Positions 32,948 through 46,020 of a DNA stretch of 64,000 nt are shown piece by piece. The stretch lies in assembly GCF_009914755.1 (NCBI RefSeq), contig NC_060930.1. One strand, given 5' to 3'. A program made the position numbers and the translations under genes. Source of the DNA: the human T2T-CHM13v2.0 reference genome, Homo sapiens. Position 1 is the stretch's first letter, and the number at the start of each line of letters is the position of its first letter. The notes below the pieces were generated by a model that ran no database searches, had not been told where the DNA came from, and saw only the letters and a list, made by a program, of their open reading frames with translations.

Positions 32948-35312
32948 TATTGTTTTGTTAATGTACTGTTTTTATGATTTTGTTGAATTGCTTCTCTGTA
33001 TTTTCTTGAAGTTTACTGAGCTTCCTTAAAACAATTATCTTTAGTTTTTTAGTGTTTTCTTTTTTCGGTCAGGCACTTTGTATAGCTCAATTTTTTAAGG
33101 ATGCATTACGGGGAAGTTACTGTGGTTATTATCTCAATGCTGATATGCCTCCTGTTTTTCATGTTTCTTCTCCCCTTCTGTTGACGTGTGAACATTTGGT
33201 AGAGGAGTCCCCCACTGCAGACTTCACAGGCTACATTTGGTGTGAAAAACCTTCTCCTACTTGGGGAGTGGGTGTGAGAGCACTGGTTGGGTGGAGCGAG
33301 CAGTTATGGTGCCAGCACAATGCAACCGTGTGTTCTTTATTCGGTTTTCTCTGTTTAGGTTGGTGTTGTCAAAGATTGCAGGGACACTCAGCGGCCAACA
33401 CCGTGGATGTCTCCTATGGCAACAAGGGTTGTTGGGATTTTGGTGGTGATGGCTGCTGTGGTTCTTCTGATCTTTCTTCTCCCACTGGAGAAGTTGTGCC
33501 TGAGAAGGTCCCTAAGCACGGGGTCTGGCTTATAGGCCTACTTGTGTTGGCAATGGCACCAGTCTGACAAGTGTGACAAGTCAGACAAATGTCTGACAAG
33601 TGGCACCCATGGAGCAGCAACAAAGCAGAGGCCTAAATCCGGGACGTGGATGGAGAACTATGGCTCGGTGGTCCTGGATGGTAACATAACTTGTGCCTAG
33701 AGCATAGGCACGCTTGCTGCCTTGTTGGTGACAGTACATGAGGTGTAGATGCTTGTGAAACAGCCTAATTGATGAGAACAGGAGCACAGGCATGCATAGA
33801 GCAACAGTGATTCCGGGGTTTGGACAGGGCCAGGCTTTTTATGGAGTCTAGCCCGTTGCCCAGAGTGTGGGAACATGCCAAGAGACCTTGGCTCTGCTGC
33901 TTAGTATGGAAATTCGCTCATCGTTGTGGTGGCTTGATGTTTAACATGTGGGTACGCACCATGCAGCCTCATCAGGGTCTGGAAGGTGGACACTTGCAGG
34001 GTGGCCGTAGCTCAAGCATCCGGGCGAATGCAGGACTGGGAGAGGCGGCAGCCGTGGTCCCGAAGTAGCATAACAGAGGCTGCTTCTTGACAAGAGCTGT
34101 GCAGCCACATCCCCCTCTCTGCAGTTCCCCAGTAGAAGTGGCTGTTGGTTACCTCAGTAGCAAAAGATGCTGGTGTTCTCCGTGGAGCACCACTGGGGAC
34201 CATGATGGGTCCTGCCACGTGTCTAATCCTCCACCTTTCTTCTTTGTTCTATGTTGTCTCCTGACATTCCAGGTTTGCCAGTCTTACCAGCAATCCTTTC
34301 TGTGTGGATATTCTCTGCTATTTTGTTTCACTGTGTTGTTGCTAAAGATTGTTTAATGGGCCCTTGAGCTTTCCCAGAACTATTTTGGTTTGTGAACAGG
34401 TGTTCATATTTGTTTTTTTGCGGAGGGATGAAGGTTGGTATCTCCTGTTCCTGGTGACATCCCAGACTCTCTTAATCAGACTTCCTACCTAGATCCACAT
34501 GCATTTCTGTTAAATGGAAGAGAAAACATACAATAAATTACTGTGGTTAAGTAGGTTGTGATTGTTCAAAGAAAGGAAGTGGGATTTTGCTCCACTCTCA
34601 ATTTCTACCATCTTGGTCCAGCTCTCATAATTTATCTGAAATATTGTCATGATTTCTTCTCTACTATTGCTTTTTATTGTAATTCAAAGTCAGGAAATGT
34701 GATCAGTTCAGCTTTATGCTTCTTAATCAAGATTGCTTTGATTATTTGGGGTACTTAGTATTTCTATACAAATTTTAGAATTGTTTTGCTATTTCTTTAA
34801 AAAATGACAATGGAATTTTAATACAGATTGCATTGAATCTGCTTATTATGTTGATATTTTAACAAAATCATTCATCCCAATTCATAAACATAGAATGTAT
34901 TTACATTTATTAGTATATTTAAAAATTTTTTCAACAAAGTTTTATAATTTTTAGTATAGAAGTGTTTTACCTCTTTAGTTAAATTCATTTTTAAGTATTT
35001 TATTATTTTTGTTGCTAATGTAAATCGGAATTTTTTTAAAAAATTATTTTAGTCCTATGTAAGGGAAGTTCACTTTACATTTAAAGTGAGTCTCTTATAG
35101 AGCTCATATCTCTTGATTTAGTCAACAGTCTATTTAGTCACTCTCTGTCTTTTGATTGGGGCTCTAATCCACTTACATTTAAAGTGAGCGCTAATAGGTA
35201 AGGACTTACTAGTGCCATTTGGTTTTTGTGTGTGTGTTTTAAAATTCTTTTGATCTCTTTCTCTTGCTGTTTTATTTTGTTGTTTTATTATTCTTGTAGT
35301 AGTTTGATTTGA

Positions 35313-35708
<396 letters not shown>

Positions 35709-36479
35709 TAAATCTTGTATTTATTATCCTCTAATTTAATTTGGTAACAACTTAAGTTCAATTATACACATAAACTTTATACTTTTATACCCACTCCCCC
35801 AATTTGCTTTCTTGATGTCAGAGTTTACTTATTTTTACATTGTAAATGTATTATCAAATTTTGGTGGTTATTATTCTTAATAATTTTGTATTTTAATTTT
35901 TACTTTAGGATTATGTGCGTGTCGCACACACCACTGCAGTGTTATATTATTCTGTACTTTACTATGTATTTACCTCTGTAGTGAGCTTTATAGTTTCATA
36001 TGCTCGCATGCTGCAGGCTAGCGCATTCTCAGCTCCATTTAAGGACTCCCTTAAGCATTTCCTGTAAGGCAAGTGTAATGGGAAACAAATAAAAACAAAC
36101 AAACAAAAAACCTCTTTTTCATTCTTTCTTTGTCTGGGAAAGACTTTTTATCTCCTTCATTTTTAAAGAGTATCTTTGCAGCATATGTATTCTTAGTTGT
36201 CCTTTTTTTTTCTTTCAGTACTTGGAATACATCACCTCACTCTCTCTGGGCCTGTAAAGTTTCTGTTGAGGAACTCATTAATAAACTTACTGAGGTTCCC
36301 TAGTATGTGACAAGCAGGTCACTTTTTTTTTTTCTGCTTTTAAAATTCTTTCTGACTTTGACCTCTGGCAGTTTAGCTATAATGTGTTTTAGTGTAGTCC
36401 ACTTTATATTCTACCCTCTGGGGTCCTGTAGGCTTCTTGAGCCTGGATGTCTATTTCCTCACTGGATTTGCAGTATGTA

Positions 36480-36480
36480 A

Positions 36481-36520
<40 letters not shown>

Positions 36521-36843
36521 TTATTTTATTTTATTTTATTTTATTTTTTGAGACGGTGTCTAGCTCTGTCACCCAGGCTGGAGTGCAGTGGCGCGATCTC
36601 AGCTTACTGGCTCACTGCAAGCTCCGCCTTCCGGGTTCATGCCATTCTCCTGCCTCAGCCTCCTGAGTAGTTGGGACTACAGGCGCCGGCCGCCACCACG
36701 CCCGGCTAATTTTTTTTGCATTTTTAGTAGAGATGGGGTTTCACCATGTTAGCCAGGATGGTCTCGATCTCCTGACCTCGTGATCCTCCCGCCTCGGCCT
36801 CCCAAAGTGCTGGGATTACAGGCGTGAACCACCACACCCGGCT
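36480..36843 (-). mobile_element. AluY with (ATT)n/(ATTTT)n microsatellite tail
   Basis: CTGCAAGCTCCGCC, GCCATTCTCC, GTTAGCCAGGATGGTCTCGATCTCCTGACCTCGTGATCC; 8-bp internal duplication GCTTACTG/GCTCACTG. Confidence 0.95.
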
Positions 36844-37845
36844 ATTATTTTTTAAATAAGTTTTATGCTCCTTTCTCTTTCTCTTCTCCTCCTAAGACTC
36901 TCAAAATGTGTGCATTAGTTTACTGATGATGTCCTGTAAGTCCTTAGGCTTTCTGAGTTTTTTAAACAGTTTTTACTTCCTTTCCCATCTGAGTGATTTC
37001 AAATAGCCTGTCTTTGAGTTAGCTGTTCTTTTATTCTGCTTGATTTAGTTAATATCTGCTGTTGAAGATCCTATTGAATTTTTTGTTCAGTCATTTTATG
37101 CTTCAGTGCCACTTTTTGTGTTTGGTCCTTTTTTATGTTTTCTATTTGTTTGTTAACTTCTGACTTTGTTCTTGTATTGTTTTTCTAATTTTTGTTAAAT
37201 CATTTATCTGTGTTCTCTTGCATTTTTCTAAGCTTCTTTGTAACAATTACTTTAATTTTTTATAAATTGTAGATCTCCATTTTTTAAAATAACTTCTGGA
37301 AGTGTATCGTGTCCCTTTGCCAGTGTTATGCATCTGTATTTTTTGTGTTGTTTATATTCTTGCACTGGTGTCTGCACATGTGAATAAGCAGTCACCTCTT
37401 CTAGACCTTATGGGCTACTTCAGTAAGGAAAGGCTTTCACCTGAGGGGAGAGGCGTGGGCATGTCTACTGAGAAGGGCGTGCAGAAGCACGTTATGGCAC
37501 TGGGTCTGGTGGTGTGCAGGGCACCGGGTGGCTCTGCGTCACGCAGTGGCTCTAGCTCCAGAGGGTCAGGTGGCAGCTCAGCGACTCAGGCAGCTGGGAT
37601 CTATGACACTGGCCATTGCGTGGCCCTCAGTGCCAAAAGCTGTTGGGGAAATCCACGGTGGCTGTGGGGGCTTCAGCATCACGTCTAGGTCTAGTTGTCT
37701 AGTTGTGATTGCCTCCAGGAAAGCAAGCCCAAGGGCTGGCGGTGGGAGCTGTATGAGCGTGAGCATGCATGTGATAGTGGTGCAGGGGCTGCTGGTGGGA
37801 GGGACATTTGTGGGCATGGACAGTGGCTGTCCTGGGTTTGAAGCC

Positions 37846-38259
37846 ACAGCACCAACCGTCACACTGGCTAGGGCAGCACCAACCGTCACACTGGCTAGGG
37901 CAGCTCCAACCGTCACACTGGCTAGGACAGCACCAACCGTCACACTGGCTAGGGCAGCACCAACCGTCACACTGGCTAGGGCAGCTCCAACCGTCACACT
38001 GGCTAGGGCAGCACCAACCGTCACACTGGCTAGGGCAGCTCCAACCGTCACACTGGCTAGGGCAGCACCAACCGTCACACTGGCTAGGGCAGCACCAACC
38101 GTCACACTGGCTAGGGCAGCTCCAACCGTCACACTGGCTAGGGCAGCACCAACCGTCACACTGGCTAGGGCAGCACCAACCGTCACACTGGCTAGGGCAG
38201 CTCCAACCGTCACACTGGCTAGGGCAGCACCAACCGTCACACTGGCTAGGGCAGCTCCA
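37846..38259. repeat. 27-bp minisatellite, 15 full copies plus a partial (GCAGCWCCAACCGTCACACTGGCTAGG)
   Basis: 405 bp / 27 = 15 units from 37846 to 38250; near-identical copies. Confidence 0.98.
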
Positions 38260-38845
38260 GCAGTAGGGGAAGGGGAGTGGTGGCTTAGGCATCTGGGGTC
38301 TGTAAAGGCAAAAATGTGAGGGCCCTTGGTGGTGAAATCTGTGGGGAGTCTTTGTCAGCTGCAATGGCTGTTGGCTTTCCCAGGGAGAAATTTGCTGGAG
38401 TTCCTATGGAGCAGTCCACTGGGGTCCACAGCAGTGAACGCTATGGGGTCTTCGGCAGTGAACATGATGGGAGGTCCATGGTGCTTGCGAGGGCTGTTGC
38501 AATTCTAGTGGCAAAGGCTACTGGGTCCCCTGCAGAGCGGGCCATGAGGCACTGCCCTGGTACCCACTGCATTGCTGATACTAACAGGCACTTTTCTTCT
38601 TTATTCCTAGCTATATTCAGATGTGTCAATGATGAGGATTTCCCCAGTTATCTAGGTGGGTTGAAACAGAAGCAGGTGCTTCAGGCAGTGCCTCAGGAAG
38701 CTGGTCACTCACGCTGCTGCCTTTTTGCCTCATGAGGAAACTCACAGGCCAAGGAACTTCCTCCCGGTACTGAGCTGTGCCAGCCTGGGGATGGGGTGAT
38801 GCAGGCAAAATTACACTGGTCCCCCTACCCTTTCTGTGAAGTTAT

Positions 38846-38872
38846 TCTCTCTCTCCTCTCTCTCTGTCTCTG

Positions 38873-38904
<32 letters not shown>
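38846..38904. repeat. (TC)n/(TCTCTG)n microsatellite
   Basis: Direct reading. Confidence 0.9.
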
Positions 38905-41158
38905 GTTCCACTGTGGTGCTGCAACTTCTTGACTTCTGAACGTTCCCAGGGTTATGTTAGCTTGTGAATAGCTAATTGTTGTTTTCTGTTTGGAGGTGCA
39001 AATGATAGGGTCTTCTACTCTGCCATCTTTCTGATGTCAGCTTCTGCTCTTTTTATTGTTAACCTTAATAAAATCAGTTTCTAGTAAATGCTTGTGTTCA
39101 TTTCTGGAATGATGCATCTGCCTGTTTATGCCACTACACCATACCTGTAAAATTATTCTCTTTAAAACATATTATAATATCAAAAACAGATAAGCCAAAA
39201 CTTTATTATAATTTTTTGACGTTGTTTTCCATAGCTACCACCTGTCTATTAACTTTTGGTCAAATTAATGGAGCACTCTAGGCTTCAGTTTGTATATTTG
39301 TGTAATAAAAGGACTAAACTACAGCACCTCCAAGTATCATTTCAAGTTTATTCTTCTGCAGTTCTTTGAATCTACTCTTTCTACCCTGGAAAAAAATTAT
39401 TACTTTTTAAAAATTGATATACAAAAGGGAGTATATTCATAAAGCCTGTACCTTGGGGCCTGGGACACTATGTGAGTCTCCATTTTGCCTTTTAACAACT
39501 CAAGGCTTTGCTTGCTGGGCAAGTTTCCACTTCAAGAAGAAAAGAAAATGATAAATGATGGAAAAAATCTAATTTAATTTTCTTTAAATAAATGATTTGC
39601 CTGTTGATTCTGTATTCAAGGTATAAAGTTGGGGATAAAGTTTAAAATGTTTTATTTTCCTCTAAAATACAACCAAATTTTGAAACTATTTCCTGTTGAA
39701 ACACATGTGTACTTTTAAAAATAATCGTCACGGCTGGACACCAAAGATTGATAGCGGTGTTCTTAAAGACTCGTTTGAAAGAAAGTGAATGAAGTCAGTC
39801 TCCCAGCCCATGGGATTTCCCTAAATGTAGAGCAACCTGGCTAAAGAATATCCTCACCAGATTGTATTGTTTTGCTTCCTGGAAGTTGAAGCACAAGCTA
39901 CTGTATTGCACGGAGATGTGAGTTTTAGAGTTTTTAGTGTCTGGAAAGGTGGACGGATTTAAATCAGCGGTAAGAATGTCTTGGAGCTCAGGCATTTATC
40001 AGGATTAAAGTAATCCAAATGGGTTTGATTTGTGCTTAATAGGCTGGATCCTGGTTTAAACTGCAGATTTTCAAAGGGGAAAAAAAGACTCATTTTTCTT
40101 ATAGTTTATGTTTCGTTAAATTTATTGAAGAACCAACTGTAAAATAATTCCACCTTCAGTGGAATTCAAGTTCTGGAGCAGTCAATGGACAAAATGTGGT
40201 AATCTTGGGGTTTGTTAATTTATACAAAACGGTTGGAAAAAGCTTCCCGATAACACAGCTGGTCTGAGCCTCAGACCTCACTTGTGAGCCCCAGAGCCCC
40301 TGTTCATCTCCATTATAGCGGTTCAACATTTTATCTATCATTTTTGCTAGCTCCTCTTTGAAGTTAGGGCCATAATTTACAACAGAAATGGAAAGCTCAC
40401 AGACACAGAGTGAGTAACATCTCTGAATTTGATTTGGGGCGCTGGCGACACACGCCTTGATGACGGGAACGTTTTGGTAGAATGTGAAGAAGGCAGCGCA
40501 TTGCGCGTTTCCCAGCTGGGCTGTGCCTCTGATTTGCGGGTGTCGCCTGTGGACCCACAGGCCTCCAGCCTGGCGCTCCCTAGAACTCGTCCTCAGAGCA
40601 GCCGCCCGAGGCCGTTTCCACCCAGTCCCGTCTACTCCAGGCCTTCTCACGAGCATCAGACCTGCTCCCGTTCTGTTCCTCCCCCGCCTGCTCCCACCCT
40701 TTCTTCCCTTCATTTTTCAGGTATTACGTTCAAATCCGTCTCCGCGGTTTCTAACTCCAGCTTGACATCTGTTTCCCAGAGGATGCTGACAAACAGGATA
40801 TGAATTCAATAATGTCCATTTTTCTAAGCTAAATTCTCTGTTTTGATGATTATTCCCCTGAATTTTATATAAGGTGATAAACAGTAAAAAACTGTTTACT
40901 TTCCAGACACTGTGATTAGATACATTGTATGTCATTAAGGTTTAGCAATTTTTCCATTTCAAACGCTTACATATGATATTACTATAAAATCTTTGGTTAC
41001 CTTAATTCTTGAAGAAATATTCAGTAGCCTGGAATCACGTATTTACCAATTTGAAGAGCTGTTGAGTAACGTTAACCATAGAAAAGTCGATGTGGGGCCA
41101 ACATGCACAGAACCTCGGGGTCTCACCAAAGAATTGGAGTGGAGTGAAGACAGTTAGT

Positions 41159-41504
<346 letters not shown>

Positions 41505-43179
41505 CCCAAGGTTTAGCGTGAACTTAACTTGGGTTTCATTGTTCAACGTCTGGTAGAAAAATGTTCCAAACATGTATTCCTTTACTGTTTAAAAAGGGGT
41601 GCAACTCATTTTAACAAATATAATTTCTATGGCAACGTCTTGATTACCCACCCTAACATTTAAACTCTAAAATTGCCTTATTGTTTAAGACGAAGAATAT
41701 GAAATGACTCACCTTATTTAATAATATTATTGATTCTGCATGTTGACTTCAAAGAATATTTGATCATGTTTTTGGAAAAGAGAACTCAAGATACTTTGGG
41801 ACAGAATTTTTATTTCTTTTTTATGCATCTTTATTCTTGGCTGAACTCAGAACCTTAAAAATAATACTTATATGCCTGTGGTTACCCTTTATGCAGTATT
41901 TTTTTTTAATATAAATCAACTTTAGCCCACTCGTTACCCCCCTCCAAAATTCGTTTCCACTTGACTTTTCCAAGTCATCCTTTCCAAAGTGGCCACTTTC
42001 CCCGCTCACACCTTTCTAAATTGTGGTTCCATTATTTAAACTGGGTAATGTTTTCTTAGCTAAAGACTCATTTGTGCAAAATACATTTACCAAAAATAAG
42101 TTCTTAAGAAAGCAAAAAGGCTTCAACTCACACTTTTTCCAGGATGTCTATAATTTTTTTAGGGTCTATCAATTTTACAACTAATATATTTTACTCCATA
42201 ATCTCTTCCAGATATTTTTCATTAAACTTTTACTCACAGTGATTCCATGTCAATTTCTGTTTTCAAAACTTCATGTGAAATTCATAATTCTCTCGCATAC
42301 AACCCAACACAATGCAGGGTGAATTGCAAAAGCAAATTTCCTTTTGACTTGTTTTGGTTAGTGTTATAGTTTCTCAAATGCTGAAATAACAGTTGAAGTA
42401 TCTCTCCATTCTGGTATTTTCAGTAAAATGAGCATTTATTAGTCAGGAAGTCTCCTAGATAGTCACATCTTCTGATGCCGATGTAGTAAGAAAATTTTAT
42501 GTTTGCATTATCTGGATCTAAGATGTGTAATGGAAGAAAAAAATTCGTATTTAAAGCAGTGCTTATTTTATCAGTATTTCCATCATCTCAAAGTTTTGGT
42601 TTAATACTAGGCACCTAGAAAACGCTTTAAGATGACCTTTCACATTTTTGTATCTTCCCTGATCACATGGCGTAAAAGGCATAACTGGCACAGGAAGAGA
42701 GCAGACGTGGGGCCTGGTCAGTGCTGATTATCAGCAAGTGCAATGTTATTAGGACATGGCCAGTCTAAGACGAAGAAACTGGTTGATATTTATTCAATAA
42801 CTTTTATTTGGGTATGTGCTGTGTGCGTGGCTCCCTTGCAAGTCCTTGTCTCCTAATATGGAGTTTAAGGCAGTAACATTTCATTTTAAAATGTAGAATG
42901 AATTTCTAGTATAAAATTTAACCATGGAATGCCATCAAATATATGCACCCCCCCCCCCCAAAAAACACACACACAGGAGTGGTTACGGATCGAATCTCTG
43001 CACTGTTCCGGTGTCAGGACAAAGTGGGACACAGCATGAAGCCTGTGCGCTTAATTGCCATCTGCTTCATAAATGAACGAACAAAGGAATCTATGAGCGT
43101 GTTAGCAAAAGTATTTTTCCAAGTGATGTTAATGTGGCATCTGTTGCCAACAAATATTTTGCATATGATACAATCTATG

Positions 43180-43382
43180 CAATCACAATGGGAGGGATCA
43201 AGAGGAGCCAATCACAATGGGAGGGATCAAGAGGAGCCAATCACAATGGGAGGGATCAAGAGGAGCCAATCACAATGGGAGGGATCAAGAGGAGCCAATC
43301 ACAATGGGTGGGATCAAGAGGAGCCAATCACAATGAGAGGGATAAAGAGGAGCCAATCACAATGGGCGGGATAAAGAGAAGC
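43180..43382. repeat. 29-bp minisatellite, 7 copies (CAATCACAATGGGAGGGATCAAGAGGAGC)
   Basis: Units at 43180, 43209, 43238, 43267, 43296, 43325 and 43354. Confidence 0.97.
43205..43376 (+). promoter_or_regulatory. Putative promoter/enhancer: six GAGCCAATCAC (NF-Y CCAAT) boxes ending in a GC box and ATAAAG
   Basis: CCAAT at 43208, 43237, 43266, 43295, 43324 and 43353; GGGCGGG at 43364-43370; ATAAAG at 43371-43376. Function is inferred only. Confidence 0.35.
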
Positions 43383-45379
43383 AGACATGGAGCCCTGCAA
43401 ACTTGGCCTAAACATTGCTCTCGGTGTTCTAGCATCATAATGTGACTTTTCTTTTTAACCACAGTTTGTTGTTAATTTATAAAGTTACACTAACTTCCAC
43501 CTCCGATACAGAGCTTCTAAAAGAATCAAAGTATAAAATATATGTGGTTGTAAAAAAGTGCCTTGTAAATTCTAAAGCACTAGAGAGTAAGTCATATTCT
43601 CTCTCTCTCTTTTTTTTTTATGACTGCTAGAGGTCTTCGTTGGTACCGAGTTGCTATTGCTCTGAAATCTTTCAATGGAGTATGTTAAAACATACATTAG
43701 AATATAGAAATATAAAAACATACATTAGAATATAGAAATACAGAAACAGATTCCTTTGCTCAATTTGGTTCACATATGAGATTTCTGTTCTTTCATTAAA
43801 AGCTCATTTCCTACACAAAATTAACATAATTACTTATATTTTTATCCTACAATGATATTCTGAATTGATTTTGCAAAATACTTAAGACCTGTCTTCTACC
43901 TTGGTAAGTAAAAAAAAAAAAAGTTTGTATTGTTTCAGCATAATCTGTAGGTATCTACGCAAAACCTACTCACGAGGCTAACTTCAGAAGGCTCATTTTC
44001 ACCTCCCTATAAATCTGATTTCCTTTGTCCACTGACTCAGGCAGTTCCAACCCCCATTTTATAAGACACTTTCACCAAAGAACCAAAATGTCAGACCAAG
44101 TAAACAGCACCACGGATCACTTGCTTGTCATAAACGCAGCCAAAATGGCATTGCTGCTACAATGGCTATTTAAATCTGCTGTTTTTCTTCCCTAGATAAA
44201 TCTAGAAAAATCACCATGTTCTTTGAGGGAAGCTGAGAGGGAAAACCAAAAAAGTACAAAACCAGATTCAGAAGAGAAAGGAAAGATTATCTTGAGTGAG
44301 GTTGTCCTCCAAAGACAACTCTTGGCAGAGGCTGGTGGTACGGGGAGACGTCAAAGCCTCCATGTTCAGGCGTCCAGGGTCCCAGCCTCTAAAACGGCTT
44401 CTGCCATCCATGGCCGCCAGACATTATTTTTGACTAAATTCCATACTTTTTTATCTGAATTGGCTTTTGCACATGAGACAGGCAAAGGGTTTAAAAATAG
44501 TTACACCATAGTCCATTGACTTCTCATTTTTATCACTTACACGGATAAGTCATTTTTAAAAATCAAGGGTATCTTTTTGATGTGCACCTAGCATTTGCGT
44601 GAGGGTGGTGTGTTAACACTGGAAAATAGGGCTAATTCAGACTTCCTTGTTACCGGGCCCCAGTTTTTAAGTGATCTGGAAGTCCTGAGTGGATTGTGTA
44701 TCCACTGAGCTACTGCCCATTGTCTGGTAGTTCTCAGAGGACCGTGCAGAAACTGATAGGAAGTGAAATACTATTTGTGTTCGCTTGTGTAGGTGAATAC
44801 ATCTCCAGGATGAGGCCACCCATTTTGGCTTCCACTAACCCGGAGGAACCTGGAGCAAGGAAACCAAAGGAAGTATTCAGGAAGCTTCAGATTTGACTGC
44901 TGGCATTATAGGCAAGAATTACACACACATGACTTACTGTTCACTATTGGTGAGAACTCGTGTTCTCATTTCGGGCAATGTTTAGAATGAAGCTCCATTA
45001 AACATGCTTGCTCCGAGGAATATCCTTAGAACGGCCATGCTTCTTATTGTGATTGTTATGTTATTTTAAGGTAATTCTTGCCTTTTGGCTGGTTGATTGC
45101 ATTCTTTAGTTTGAGGCTATGCTTCTGACCTCATTACTCCAATGTCCATCTGCGTCAGCGTCACCTTGACAACAAGAGCAGGGGATGCGTCTTGCATGAG
45201 TGGGTGGCCAAAGAGACAAACCTCTGGCTTTCTGGGAGCTCCTAGCGTTCTCCTTGAAACCCTTAACACATATGTGTTTTCTCTGCTCTACATTAGATCT
45301 CTAGACTTATCCTACAAAGCTGAAACTGTACTGTTTGACCTACAACCTCCCATTTCCCAGGTGTTCATTCCTGCTCCTT

Positions 45380-46020
45380 ACACTGGTAATTTGCCAAGAG
45401 AGTAAATTTTAGGTTACCTTACTGTGATGGTTAATACTGAGTGTCAACTTGATTGGATTGAAGGATACAAAGTATTGATCCTGGGTTTGTCTGTGAGGGT
45501 GTTGCCAAGGGAGATCCACATTTGAGTCAGTTGTCTGGGAAAGGCAGACCCACCCTTAATCTGAGTGGGCACCATCTAATCAGCTGCCAGTGAATATAAA
45601 GCAGGCAGAAAAACTTGAAACGAGAGGCTGGCCTAGCCTCCCAGCCTACATCTTTCTCCTGTGCTGGATGCTTCTTGCCCTTGAACATCAGAATCCAAAT
45701 TCTTCATTTTTGGAACTTGGCCTGGCTCTCCTTGCTCCTCAGCCTGCAGACCGCCTATTGTGGGACCCTGTGATTGGGTGAGTTAATACTTAATAAACTC
45801 CTCTTTTACATATACATCTATTGCATTAGCTCTGTACCTCTAGAGAACCCTGACTGATACACTTACCATGCCTGCACACACACAGCAACTGTGTGAAATG
45901 ATGTCCGCATTAATTGGCTTGACTGTAGTCCTTGCTTCCCTATGAGTGTGCATGACCAGATCACTGGATCCAAACAGCGTGTCACACACCTTAAATACAT
46001 GCAATACAGTAAATTAAAAC
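45380..46020 (+). mobile_element. L1MA-type 3' end fragment split by MLT2A1
   Basis: AATTTGCCAAGAGAGTAAATTTTAGG|...|GCAACTGTGTGAAATGATG...ATTGGCTTGACTGTAGT...CACCTTAAATACAT. Confidence 0.6.
45423..45861 (+). mobile_element. MLT2A1 (HERV-L) solo LTR
   Basis: TGTGATGGTTAATACTGAGTGTCAACTTGATTGGATTGAAGGA...CTAGAGAACCCTGACTGATACA; perfect 5-bp TSD CTTAC (45418-45422, 45862-45866). Confidence 0.93.

Larger units (their letters stand above)
26300..34460 (-). mobile_element. Old L1 (L1MA/L1M-type), internally deleted, running from 3' end to 5' UTR, interrupted by nested insertions
   Basis: Antisense 3' end (TTGTACATTAGATCTCCAGAA, CCCCAGCCCCTGGCAACTACCAT). Endonuclease-region text is continuous across the Tigger1 (28071/30401). 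ORF 30590..30772 contains LSIITLNINRLN (ORF2 start-like). GC-rich 5' region at 33150-34460. Confidence 0.8.

Noticed and set aside
37528-38364. Mucin-like (APTVTLARA)n or Cys-rich (PSQCDGWCC)n proteins
   Set aside because: In-frame read-through of a 27-bp repeat inside an L1 remnant; no promoter, splice or codon evidence.
40156-40803. 185-aa and 124-aa ORFs in the CpG-rich patch
   Set aside because: No recognisable domain; overlapping ORFs on both strands are expected in GC-rich DNA.
43180-43382. CRISPR-like array (29-bp repeats)
   Set aside because: Head-to-tail repeats with no unique spacers, no cas genes, and a primate context. The same applies to the other arrays.
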